A DNA stretch of 64,000 nt from assembly GCA_951406725.2 (NCBI GenBank), contig OX597815.1:40610001-40674000 (forward strand), written 5' to 3'. The position numbers and the translations under genes are program-made. Below the pieces are notes generated by a model. It was not told where the DNA came from and ran no database searches. It saw only the letters and a program-made list of their open reading frames with translations. Shown one piece after another: positions 53,091-64,000 of this stretch (positions are counted from its first letter, which is position 1; every line of letters begins with the position of its first letter). This DNA is from Octopus vulgaris (taxonomy: Eukaryota).

Positions 53091-53914
53091 TGACTATCAC
53101 TTGTGCAAGTGGAACGTTAAAAGCACATCCGAGCGTGATCAACTTGCAGTTTGATCAATTCTTCACCCGTATTATCACAACCTCTCTATCTCCATGACTG
53201 GCATCTGTCACTGCATGCATCCCCAGGAAAAACCAAGCACAGGGAAAAACTTTTCTTTTCCCTCACTGACATAACATCATCTCTCGTCATTTCCAGTCTT
53301 CCTTCCACCATACAATATCAAAGCAAGGAGGCATAAACTTGCACATGTGCACACACACACACACACACCTGCATATCATCATTAAAGGTAGCTTGCATGG
53401 GTTGCCTGATTTGACAGGATCCAATGATTCAGTGGATTGTATCATGTTCCAATGACAACTTTGGTATGGTTTCTGTAGCTGGATACCCTTCCTAACATCA
53501 GCTCTTTTATAGAGTGTTCTGGGTGCTTTTTTCTTTTTCCAAGGTACCATCACCAGTGAAAATCATCTTGTAATTTGCAAGGCTAAGGGCCAAAAGTGAA
53601 CGCTATTTACAACTGAGGGACATTAGAAGAGTGGGTGATGATTCTAGGCAGAAGGAAGAGGTATGATAAGAAAGAAGAGAGTATGGCAGGGAATAGGGAT
53701 TTGGAGAATAGAGTTGAAAGATGATAGGGGTGGTTGTGTAAGGAGTGGTGAATTAAAAAGGAGTAATAAACATGAAGGGAGTAATAAACTCGGGCAAAGA
53801 GGAATCCTGATGGAGTCCTTGAAGGAAAGAGGTGTTGAAGAGGCAAAAAAGCTGTGGGGAGCGGGCTGAAGATTTGGGACTATGGGTCAGAGCACCTGTT
53901 GTGTTTCTTTTACA

Positions 53915-54273
53915 CTCTAATTGATCAACATCAATGGAATTTGTAGCTGTGATACCAGTGCTGGTGGTACATAAGAGAACCATCCGAACGTAGCTGTTGC
54001 CAGCGCCGCCCCAACTGGCCTTTGTGCCGGTGGCACGTAAAAAGCACCATCCGATCGTGGCCGTTTGCCAGCTTCATCTGGTCTCCATGCTGGTGGCATG
54101 TAAAAAGCACCCACTACACTCACAGAGTGGTTGGCGTTAGGAAGGGCATCCAGCTGCAGAAACACTGCCAGATCAGACTGGGCCTGGTGCAGCCTTCTGG
54201 CTTCCCAGACCCCAGTTGAACCGTCCAACCCATGCTAACATGGAAAGCGGACGTTAAACAATGATGATGATGA
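53915..54273 (+). mobile_element. RTE LINE 3' end
   Basis: Repeat-bearing 3' UTR and (gat)n tail. Confidence 0.85.
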
Positions 54274-54809
54274 TTTTCTCTATTTCACCCACTTTATCTA
54301 TCTCCATCTTACTTTAGTGCAACAATACTTAGATTGAAATTCATAATTTATGTTATCAGAAGATTTGTTTTGGAACAAAATATCTCAAGTATGTATGTAT
54401 GTGTGTTTGTATATATATGTGTGCTTATTTGTCTGTTAAACTGAAACTGTGTGAAAGTCTATCAGGAATCCCATACATGTTCTTGGATGGTTGCCTGTTT
54501 TGTGAAGTGGGTGATTTTTAGTCATACTGCAGGATGGTTGAAAAACAGAACCTGTTGAAGGGCAAATGAACTCAGGAGAGTCAATGACCGCTAATACAAA
54601 CAGACACACATACCTCACTTTCTCTTTCTCCCTGTCTGCTATTTGTTAGCGACATCAAATATACTAGTGTCTTGGTGTAACTGGATTTAGAATTGGTGCT
54701 GCTAAATCAGGAAAGTTATGAACAAACAGAAGTCTTTTTCTCTTTCTCACTCATGCACGCATGCACTCACACACAGACACACACACACACACACACATAC
54801 ACAAGACAG

Positions 54810-55110
54810 TGTGGTTAAGAAGTTTGCTTCCCAACCACATGATTCCGGGTTCTGTCCCACTGTACGGCAGCTCTCATATATATGTGTATATTTGTGTGTG
54901 TGTGTCTGTCTGTGTTTGTATCCCCACCATTGCTTGACAACCGATGTTGCTGTGTTTACATTCCCATTACTTAGCGATTCGGTAAAACTACACTGATAGA
55001 ATAAGTACTAGGCTTACAAAGAATAAATCCTGTTGTTGATTTGCTCAACCAGCGATAGTGCTCCAGCATGGCTGCTGTCACAAGACTGAAACAAGTAAAA
55101 CAATAAAAAG
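54810..55110 (+). mobile_element. CORE-like SINE (internally deleted)
   Basis: tgtggttaagaagtttgcttcccaaccacat..gactgaaacaagtaaaa. Confidence 0.7.
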
Positions 55111-55175
55111 ACTATGCCATTTTAATTCCAGGCAAGGCCAGGTATCTCTGCTAGTATATATATATATATATATAT

Positions 55176-56010
55176 AGGGTGTGATGGATAAATTGTTGCC
55201 ATTGTATATTTTTAATTTCGCGCATGCACATTGTTTGTTTTTGATTTTGTTGACAACACAGTATAGTAGGGTCAGTTGGGTACTGTCTGTGAGAAAAAAA
55301 GCACCATGACGCAATTCACTCTGCCAGAAATTTGGAAATGACATGCTGTACTGCTTGGCATTTGCACCGGAAACTCCAATACAAATGGATGGTGAACACA
55401 CAGAACAACTGTTGGCTTACTGTGTCCCCAAAACATGTACCAAGAGTGATAAAAATCAAACATCCAGTCAACATCATGGTGTTTGGAGTGATCATTAGTG
55501 AAGGCAACGTTATACCTCCATTCATCTTCCCACATAGCCTCAGACTCAACATGGAGGCCTACATCAAGTGCCTGGAGGAGGTAGTGCTGCCCTGGGTTGA
55601 GAGGGTGGCTGCTAGAAGACCCTATGTCTGGCAACAGGACTCTGCACCATGCCACACAAGCAGGAGAACCCAGTCATAACTGTCAGACAATTTCTGTCAC
55701 CACACCACACCTAACATCTGGCCACTTAACACCCCAGACTGCAGCACCTTTGATTATTATGTGTGGGGCACAGTTAAGCGGGAGACCAGCAAAACTTCTT
55801 GTAACACCCAAGATGAACTGAAGGCAGGGGTTATGGCAGCATTCACCAGCTTAAACAAGGAGACCGTCCAGAAGAGTTGCAGGAGATTCCGAAGTCATCT
55901 GGAAGCCGTGGTTGAAATCAATGGCGATTTTATTGAATAAATTTACTCTTCAGTATTTGAAGATATTTTTATGTAATTTTGGTAAACATATCTGTTAAAA
56001 TGAGATGTCA
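55176..56010 (+). mobile_element. Tc1/mariner DD37D (maT-type) transposon relic
   Basis: IMVFGVI..WQQD-37 residues-D (SAPCHTS..WPLNTPDCSTFD)YYVWG..GDFIE*; internal stop and deletion; left end lies in (TA)n. Confidence 0.85.
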
Positions 56011-57794
56011 GTGTTATATTCTGTTATGTCTAGGGAGAGTCATTTTCTTTTTGTGCCTTATAATTTAACACACTCACCTATAAAATTTCCACATTTCTTA
56101 TTTTTATTTTCCTTAAATTTTTTCTTTGTGTCTTGCAACTGTTTCAGTAGTGTTATATTCATTTTTGCATAATGTAGACGACAATATATTCACCACACCC
56201 TATGTATATCATCATCATGATCATTTAATGTCTGTTTTCTATAATAACATGGATGGTTTGATAGGAGTTGGTCAGCTGAAGAGCTGCCCAGGCTCTATGT
56301 CTGTTTTGTCATGGTTTCTATGGCTGGATGCCCTTCCTAACATCAACTACAGTACAGAGTGTACTGGGTGTTTTTACATGGCATCAGCACAGACACTTTT
56401 ATGTGGCACTGGCATGGGTGCTTTTTACATGGCACCAGCACGGGTGTTTTTTACATGGCAGCGGCTCCCCTGTTTGCAAGCTCTGGTCAAACTCTCTAAC
56501 CCATGCCAACATGGAAAACAGATGTTAAATGATGATGATGATAATATATCTCTATGTAACCAATAAGGGTTTGGAACTGAATATACTCAGTTCTGTGCAT
56601 GTGTACTTAAGACACAGGAATCAGGTTGACTCCTTTTGAGATATTTTCCAGAATTCTCCGCATCTCATGATGTAGTACATTTGTTTTATTCTTACTGGCC
56701 AATAGAAATAGGTTGTGAGAAGTTTTTCATATGATTAGCATGTTACATCATCAGCTAAAATTTAATCAGCACATTGAAGATTAAAAGCCCTTATTTTTCT
56801 CAGTACTGATGTACCCTCAAGTTCTTGTGAACTTGCAATTTGTTCCTGACACAAAAAGGGTTCTCCCTGGCCTACTCTATACAAACAGTAACCCCAGTAT
56901 GCTTAAGAGATGCTAAATGGTGGGTAATCAAACTCCTATAGGTTAACCTTTACAAGATGTCAAATATAAAAATGAAAGCAACCAAAATCAATTTCTAAGC
57001 CAAAAGAAAATTTGTTGGCTTTATATTCAAGATCAGATGAGAGGGCCATTTAATTTTATTGAGGATAGAACAAACTTTCTAGTGCTGGTACCATGATAAA
57101 ATGCACCTAGTACACTCTAAAAAGTAATAAGAAGGGCATACTGTAGAAAACAAACCAAAAATGAAACATACAAGTAAGATGTTGTCCTTTGAGATGTCTA
57201 GGAGGGGAACAGCCCCTAATAAGTGCAGGCTTAAACCATGAGGACCCAGCCAAACTATATTAGCATGTAAAGCTAAAGTTAAATCACCCAGTACTGCTGA
57301 TGTTGATTATTGCTTTATGTTTACTTTCTATGCTAACATGGTAATAGTGGTAATGACCAACACTCTTCCACTAATTTTGTAACATCCTCCAAAATTAAAC
57401 TTAGATTGAAATTGTTAGCTGGCACATTTCGTTTATGTTTCACATAGCTTTATTAAATGAATTGTTGCATTTTGCCAGTTACTTAAATCCAGATTGAACA
57501 GATCAGATCTCTGATCAGAAGTACTCCAGCTGTGAACATAAGGTTATCTGGAACTACATTATTTGATGTGCCTTTTCCATTTTTAAGACAATAGATGTGA
57601 TTACAAGAGATACTTGACTGTTATTTCTAGTAGGTTAGGGAGCTACATAGAAGCTCCCTTTAATTGTAATGAAAAGAGTTTGATCCAGAAAGAGATTTGA
57701 AGTATTATATCTGTGCTACACCACAGGTTCATCTTGATTACATTCACTAAATTTTACTTGAAGGAAATCTTAATGTTTATGTTGTAGTATTGTC

Positions 57795-58359
57795 TGCTAC
57801 TCCAGACTGATGACGAGCAAGACTCAGAAACTAGTCTCTGGATGCAGGCTTAGCTGGAGGGGGTGCTTGTCTCCCCCTTGTAAAGATAAGGACACAGGAA
57901 ATGTGTCAAAACCGACAGGAAGTGTTGATGCTTCCTAGGGCTAAATAGCGGTGATGTGATTCTCTTTATGGGACTGTCACGTTAAGTTGACAGTATACAA
58001 CTGCTCTATCATGCCACCACTGCTTATATCTCTCTGAGATATTTAGAAATGTAATAGTTCTATTTTTTGTGATCAGTGGATTTATTTCACTGGAATTATT
58101 ATATATGTTTACAAGGTTTAGACAACCATCTGCAGCTAGCAAGCCATGCTACTCCAGACTGATGACGAGCAAGACTCAAAACCTAGTTTCTGGATGCAGG
58201 CTTAGCTGGAGGGGGTACTTGTCTCCCCTTTGTAAACATAAGGACACAGGAAATGTGTCAAGGCCAACAGGAAACATTGATGCTTCCTAGGACTAAATAG
58301 TGATTGTGTGATTCCCTTTATGGGACTGTCATGTTAAGTTGACAGTATACAACTGCTCT
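57795..58359 (+). repeat. partial tandem of an HHR-containing unit, period 352 bp (retrozyme/PLE pLTR-like)
   Basis: 57795-58007 repeated at 58147-58359; each copy starts with an HHR and is followed by four hairpins. Confidence 0.85.
57801..57843 (+). ncRNA. minimal type I hammerhead ribozyme
   Basis: TCCAGA CTGATGA C GAG-CAAGA-CTC A GAAA C-TA-G TC|TCTGGA: perfect 6-bp stem I, palindromic ACTAGT stem III, GUC site. The second copy (58153-58194) has G12A/A15.1C changes. Confidence 0.78.
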
Positions 58360-58675
58360 GTTGTATTATTATTTTTTAATAGTTTTTCGTATGTCACTGG
58401 TAACTGGGTCTTTTAGATTATTTGTAACAAACATATTTATTAATTCATTTCAAACTTTCATTTCTTTAATTTAACTATAGTTAGGTATTTTAAGGCAAAG
58501 AATTAAAAAAAAAATTTTTCTGTCAGATTACAAAGAAGATATTTTGAATGAGTGATAATCAACTTTTGTCTCATCTAGCCATTAAATATGATAATATAAC
58601 CTAGTGTATGGGAAGAAAAAAAAATCTGTGACAGTGTTTACACTCAGCACTAATTAGTATGTGCAACTATGTTTT

Positions 58676-59176
58676 GGCAGAATTGTGGTTTAAGTACTTT
58701 ATAATAACCCCTCATAACTTTTTTATCTTTTGGAAATTAAAAAAAATTTTTACAACTTCCTACGTTCAAAAATTATGAAAAAAAAAACTTTTTGTGTAAT
58801 TTAAGGGTGATTTAGCTGTTATTTTTAGCACATCTCACAACCACCTGATACGTTCTTTGTTTTTTTGTTACCCTCCCAATATTTTTATCCCCATAAACAC
58901 ATTTAATGTAATGATGATGCACCCAAGGGTGCTCCATTGCTGGGATTTAAGAAAAAAATGTTGAATGTCCATATTTTAAACTCTGATTTTAAAAAAAAGT
59001 TTTAAGAGTAGAAATTTTAGGATTGGGTGGATTTCAAAAAGTGAAAAAAATTTTTTTTCGTAATCATATAAATTCTTGTGTGTAGAACATAAATTTGCAA
59101 AAATTTTCTGAAAATATCAGAAAATATAAAAACAATTATGAGCGGTTATATGGGTTGCTTAAACCAGAATTCTGCC
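58676..59176. mobile_element. MITE with GG termini and 8-bp TSD
   Basis: ggcagaattgtggtttaag / cttaaaccagaattctgcc; flanks tatgtttt and tatatttt. Confidence 0.7.
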
Positions 59177-60314
59177 TATATTTTAATTCTGTTTTACGAC
59201 AAGGGCATTTGCATTAACCCAAGGTAGTCCTCTTAAACCAAAAGTGTAATGTCAGTGAGAAATTGCTTTGTCAAATATGATTGTTACAACAATAGGTACC
59301 CCTCTCTCATGTGTCTTCAAATTCTGTCTATTTTTACCCTATGAGAACTGGATATAATTATTGTTATTACAAGGAAACTTAATGACCCAGTTTTCAGAAA
59401 TGTGGTAGTGCTCACAACAATAATATTATGAAGTTTGAAAAATTAGGGATTCATATTTGGCAAGAATTCATATGAAATTGAAGCAGACTTGTAGTCAGAT
59501 ACATTCAGCCCATTCTTTTATTATTTATTGTTTTCTTTAAGGTGATATGTGTCCAGAACAAGATTATCCTATTCTTTGTAATCTTTTTGTTAAAATGGTT
59601 TGATTTGAGGGAAGTTTGGTTACTTTTTTTAGCAGATCAAGCAGTCATGTTGAAGTTGGTTTATATATTCTATATAACCATATATTTCCTGTCCCTCTAC
59701 CATTGATTCCTGATATAAATCTATCTCTCTCAATTCTATTTCACCCCTCAATTGAGAGATCTTGTCTTACAAGTTACTTGGTGACTTTATTGGAGTCAGT
59801 GCCACTTAAAAAGCACCTAGTACACTCTAAAGTGGTTGGCATTACAAAAGGCATCCAGTAGTAGAAATCATGGCAAGGCAGACATTGGAGCATAGTGCTG
59901 TTCTCTGGCTTATTAGTTCCTGCTAAACCATCCAATCCATACTAACACAGAAAACAAACATTAAATGGTGATGGTAATGAAATGGATAAATTTCCTTGAT
60001 GAAGCAAGCCTATGATGAAAAGCAGTCAACCTTGATCATCCTGTCTTTTTTCTTTGTTGTGTATAGCATGCCCCAGACCATGTTATCCAATATGCCCTTT
60101 CTTGTTGTTAGTAACATAAGCTGATTCAAGCAAAGCCAAGACCCTTATTCAGGTGCAAAACAAAGGCTATGATTTTGAAATGTCATATGATTAGTAAAAG
60201 ATCGACTTACCTTCACAGTATTTGTGTTTCACTGCTAAATTAAGAGCACTATCCATTGACACACTACATGTCCTTGATTACATCTGGAAATTTTCTTTAC
60301 TTTCTTTTAAAAGA

Positions 60315-60538
60315 ATGGGAGATACTGCAAAAGATGAAGAAAGTCACAGCAATGATGACGTTACCCAATCACAGATGCAATGTAAGATTTTGTACAAGAG
60401 TGACAACTACATTGTTGTGGACAAACACTTTGACATGAAAATAAACACAAATAAACCTGATGATGGAGTTACTGTTGAGACCTTGCTTTGCCGAGATTAC
60501 CCAGAGTTACGGGATGAAAAGGTGTCACATAGTTTCAG
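60315..60538 (+). CDS. RPUSD1: first coding exon of an RNA pseudouridylate synthase domain-containing protein 1 (RluA-type); remaining exons not found in window
   Basis: Polypyrimidine tract + AG (60312-13), ATG at 60315, AG|GTAAC donor. ILYKSDNYIVVDKHFDMKINT..TVETLLCRDYPELRDEKVSHSFR matches the recalled RPUSD1 N-terminus IVYRSRDFLVVNKHWDVRIDS..FPELADPDTCYGFR, just before the HxLD catalytic motif. Confidence 0.85.
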
Positions 60539-61321
60539 GTAACTTATTCTAATTTGTTTCATTGTTTGTTTTAACTATTGTTTCATTTTATTTCATCTGT
60601 CTAAGGCAATTCTATCATCTTTATCTTCACCATTATTTAACATCAGTTTTGATGCTGGCATGGGTTGGATGGATCAACAGAAGCTGGCAAGTCAGGGAAC
60701 TACACCAAGTTACAATGTCTTTTTGGTATGGTTTCTATGACTGGATGCTCTTCTTAACACCAGCCATGTTACAGAGTGTACTGGGTGCTTTTTACAAATG
60801 GCATCAACACCAGTGAGGTCACCAAGTAACTTGCATCAATTCATAAATTGCAAGTTCATAACCACTACAACCCTTGTTTGTTGTGCTATCTGGACAGAAT
60901 TCTTTATCATATATGCTTCTGATGTTGCTGCTGTTTTTTTTTAGCCCTATGTCAGCTCTAATCAACAAATCCGTGATCAAAGACATTCCAACTATGATCA
61001 TTTTGCCTGTTAGTATATCTAAGAGTACATTGTCCAATGTGCCTTTTGTTTTTATAAAATAGTAGGGTGTTTCTTAGGAAGATTTGTAAGTTTTTCTAGC
61101 AGGTCAGGTGACCACATAGAAATCCCTTGTTTGGGTTGTAATATATTTCATTTTGAATATTATGGGGAATAATAAGAACCAGATTACAATTGAAGTTACC
61201 ACTTCATCCTGAGTGAGATTCAAATGCGCAGCACTGCTTCATACATCTATTTGATTGGGGTAAAGTTAATTAGCTTGTTATTCAAAGACCGTTTACTAGC
61301 TACAAATCATTATTATTACTA

Positions 61322-61548
61322 AGATGGCAAACTGGAAGAATCATTAGCACATTAGACAAAGTGCTTAGTGATATTTTGTTTTGTCTTTATGTTCTAGGTT
61401 CAAATGCTGCTGGGATTGACTTTGCCTTTCATCCTTTCAGAGTCAATAAAATAAGTACCAGTTGAGTTCTGGGGCCTATGTAATTGACTTACCCCCTTCC
61501 TCTGCATTGCTGGCCTTGTGCCAGAGTTTGAAACCATTATTATTATTA
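61322..61548 (+). mobile_element. Meta-like SINE with (ATT)n tail
   Basis: gactttgcctttcatcctttcag..ataagtaccagttgag..tttgaaaccattattatt. Confidence 0.7.
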
Positions 61549-61900
61549 TATGAAAACTCACAGCTTATTTTGCTGGGTATGATGGAAAGTGTCAGCTGTC
61601 CACAGCCAGCAGACTAAGGTGACACTTGTTTACTGGTCATGCTTCAAGGACCTTGCAAAGATTTCTTGCAGTTCCAAGCAATGCTGATTTTTGTTGGTGT
61701 TCTACCTTCTCACTTGCACCGATCTCTTTCAGCCATGTTGGTAGTTAAGTGCTGATACTTCCAAGTACACCAATTACTATTGGTATCACGTCTACTCTCT
61801 TCATTGACTACAACCTTCACATTTCTCACTTTAAATTGTCATAGTTGTTTATTTTTTCTTCTTTCACATGGATCCTGTTGTCAGTGGGGCATGCTATGTT
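61549..61900 (-). mobile_element. R4/Dong-like non-LTR 3' end (REL endonuclease)
   Basis: Minus NIACPTDNRIHVKEEKINNYDNLK..VIPIVIGVLG..QKSALLGTARNLCKVLEA*, with a 3' UTR abutting (TAA)n. Confidence 0.8.
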
Positions 61901-61941
61901 GAAAAAGAAAGAACATGTATATGTTCTTTCTTTTTTATTCA

Positions 61942-61986
<45 letters not shown>

Positions 61987-62092
61987 TCATCCTTTCAGGG
62001 TTGATAAATTAAGTACCAGTGAAACACTAGGGTCAATGTAATCGACTTTCCTCCTCATCAAAATTTCAGGCCTTGTGGCTATAGTAGAAAGA

Positions 62093-62123
62093 GTTGTTGT
62101 TGTTGTTGTTATTGTTGTTGTTG

Positions 62124-62162
<39 letters not shown>

Positions 62163-62180
62163 TTGTTGTTGTTGTTGTTG
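62093..62180. repeat. (GTT)n/(GCT)n microsatellite
   Basis: Seen directly. Confidence 0.95.
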
Positions 62181-62184
62181 TGCA

Positions 62185-62400
62185 GTAGCAAGCTGGCAGA
62201 ATCGTTAGCACACTGGATGAAATGCTTAGTGGTGTTTTGCTTGTTACTCCTTTCTGAGTTCAAATTCGGCCATGGTCAACTTTGCCTTTCATTTTTCTGG
62301 GGTCGATAAAATAAGTATCAGTTGGAGATTGGGGTTGATGTAATCGACTTATCCCCTCCACCAAAATTGCTGCCCCTGTGGCAAAATTTGAAACCATTAT
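62185..62400 (+). mobile_element. Meta-like SINE
   Basis: agctggcagaatcgttagca..gagttcaaattc..ggggtcgataaaataagta. Confidence 0.75.
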
Positions 62401-63109
62401 TGTTATTATCATCATCATCATCATCATTATCACCATCATCATCATTATTATTATTGAAGATGTTGCACAGTGACCAATATTGTGATGTTATAGATTGAAG
62501 ATATTGTATGTGGATTTGGTAGATGGAAACTGAAAGAAACCCATCATATATATATGCGAGTGTGTGTATATTTGTGTCTCATTGTTTTGACAGTGTTGTA
62601 AAATGCTTGTCACTGTCAAACAAGTAGTATAATTCATTTCAAATATTCTGCAAGAACATGTCTGGTTACGAATAAATATTTCCTTGCTTGGAAACAGGTG
62701 AAGGCTGGTGATAGGAAGGGGATCCGGCCATAAAAAAATCTACCTCAATAGACTCTGTCTGACCCATGCAAGCATAGAAAGTGGACATTAAAGTGGTGGT
62801 GGTGGCAGCCGCAGTCGTTGTCGTCGTCGTGATGTTAGTTTCTTATGAAGGCCTGTGACCAGAGATTAGGATACTGAGCTCACAATCATTATATCATTAA
62901 GTTTAATTCTTCAACTAGGTTGCTTATTGTGTCCTTGAGCAAGGCACTTCACTTTATGTTGCTCCAATCAACTCAGCTAAAAATGAGTAACAACCAAATG
63001 CTGGTTCAGCTCTCTCTCTCTTTCTCCCTCTCCCCCCCTCTCTCTCCTTCTCTCTCTCTCGTTACATTCTGGATGTTTCACTGGGTGTTGAATGCAGAGG
63101 GTATGTAAA

Positions 63110-63415
63110 GCAAGCATGCTCTGCTGGATGTGTAATGTTTGTGCATGTGAATGGACTGAAAGATAAATTGGGTATAAGAGAATTTAGATGTTGCGTGCAG
63201 GAGAGAAGACTGCATTGGTATGGACATATGTATGGGTGATAGCAGATGGATAAAGAGGTGTCAGGAAATTCAAGTGGAAAGAAACTGTGGAAGAGAAAGA
63301 CCAAGGAAGACATAGGCAGAAAAATCTTTGGATAGTCAACCTCAGAAAGAGATGATAGTAAAAACCCATACAATCCATGCAAAGTAGAAAAGCAGGTGTA
63401 AAAATGATGATGATG
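63110..63415 (+). mobile_element. decayed RTE LINE 3' fragment
   Basis: MLCWMCNV..CCVQERRLHWYGH, with (gat)n tail. Confidence 0.65.
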
Positions 63416-64000
63416 GTACATACTACAAAGTCAAACTCACTCTCAAATAATGCCTGTAGCTTGCTACTCTTCATTGTATCTAGCTGAGCCCATAGGGTTG
63501 CTATCTTTCAAGCTTTTTCATCCATAGCATACTGAATAAGGTGCTAAATAAGCATAACATTATCTTATATAAAAACCAAGGATTTGCTTTTGCATTAAAG
63601 GAAAACCTATGGACCAGTGCAATGCATTCAAAACACTTGAGTTTTCTAAATATCTTGGTATTTTCTAATTCATCTCAAAAACTCTATCAAACTATACATG
63701 GCACACAGTACATTCCAACCAAGTGGTTGAAAAATCATCTGCTAGCTTTGCATCTTTGAAGATGTGTAGGATAACAGTTCCCTTAAAAAACAAGTATGGG
63801 TTAGTGGCAGGAAGGGCATTTAGCAGTAAAACAGTACCTCAGTAATATATTTATGTAACCCATGGAAAAAAAACATGTAAAAACAAATGAACAAACACAA
63901 ACATACATATATGTATATATCAACATACATGCACACACATATACACATATGTTATCATCATCAAAATTTTACATATACTTTTCCATGCTTGTATTGGTTA

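Overview
AT-rich, microsatellite-dense animal DNA. The SINE/RTE repertoire suggests an octopus or related coleoid (inference). Almost all recognisable sequence is decayed transposon: RTE, CR1, Penelope-like, R4/Dong-like and CRE-like non-LTR fragments; several tRNA-derived SINE families; mariner, DD37D maT and hAT relics; MITEs; and two non-autonomous Helitrons. The only host coding sequence I can support is the first coding exon of an RPUSD1-like pseudouridine synthase (60315-60538, +). The most interesting signal is six loci with type I hammerhead ribozyme (HHR) folds, all with short palindromic (dimer-type) stem III. They include a 352-bp partial-tandem retrozyme-like unit, two HHRs with 80-97 nt stem II hairpins, and cores in which the 3-8 tertiary pair covaries (C-G, U-A, A-U). 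All calls are by eye. No searches or folding were run, and repeat boundaries are approximate.
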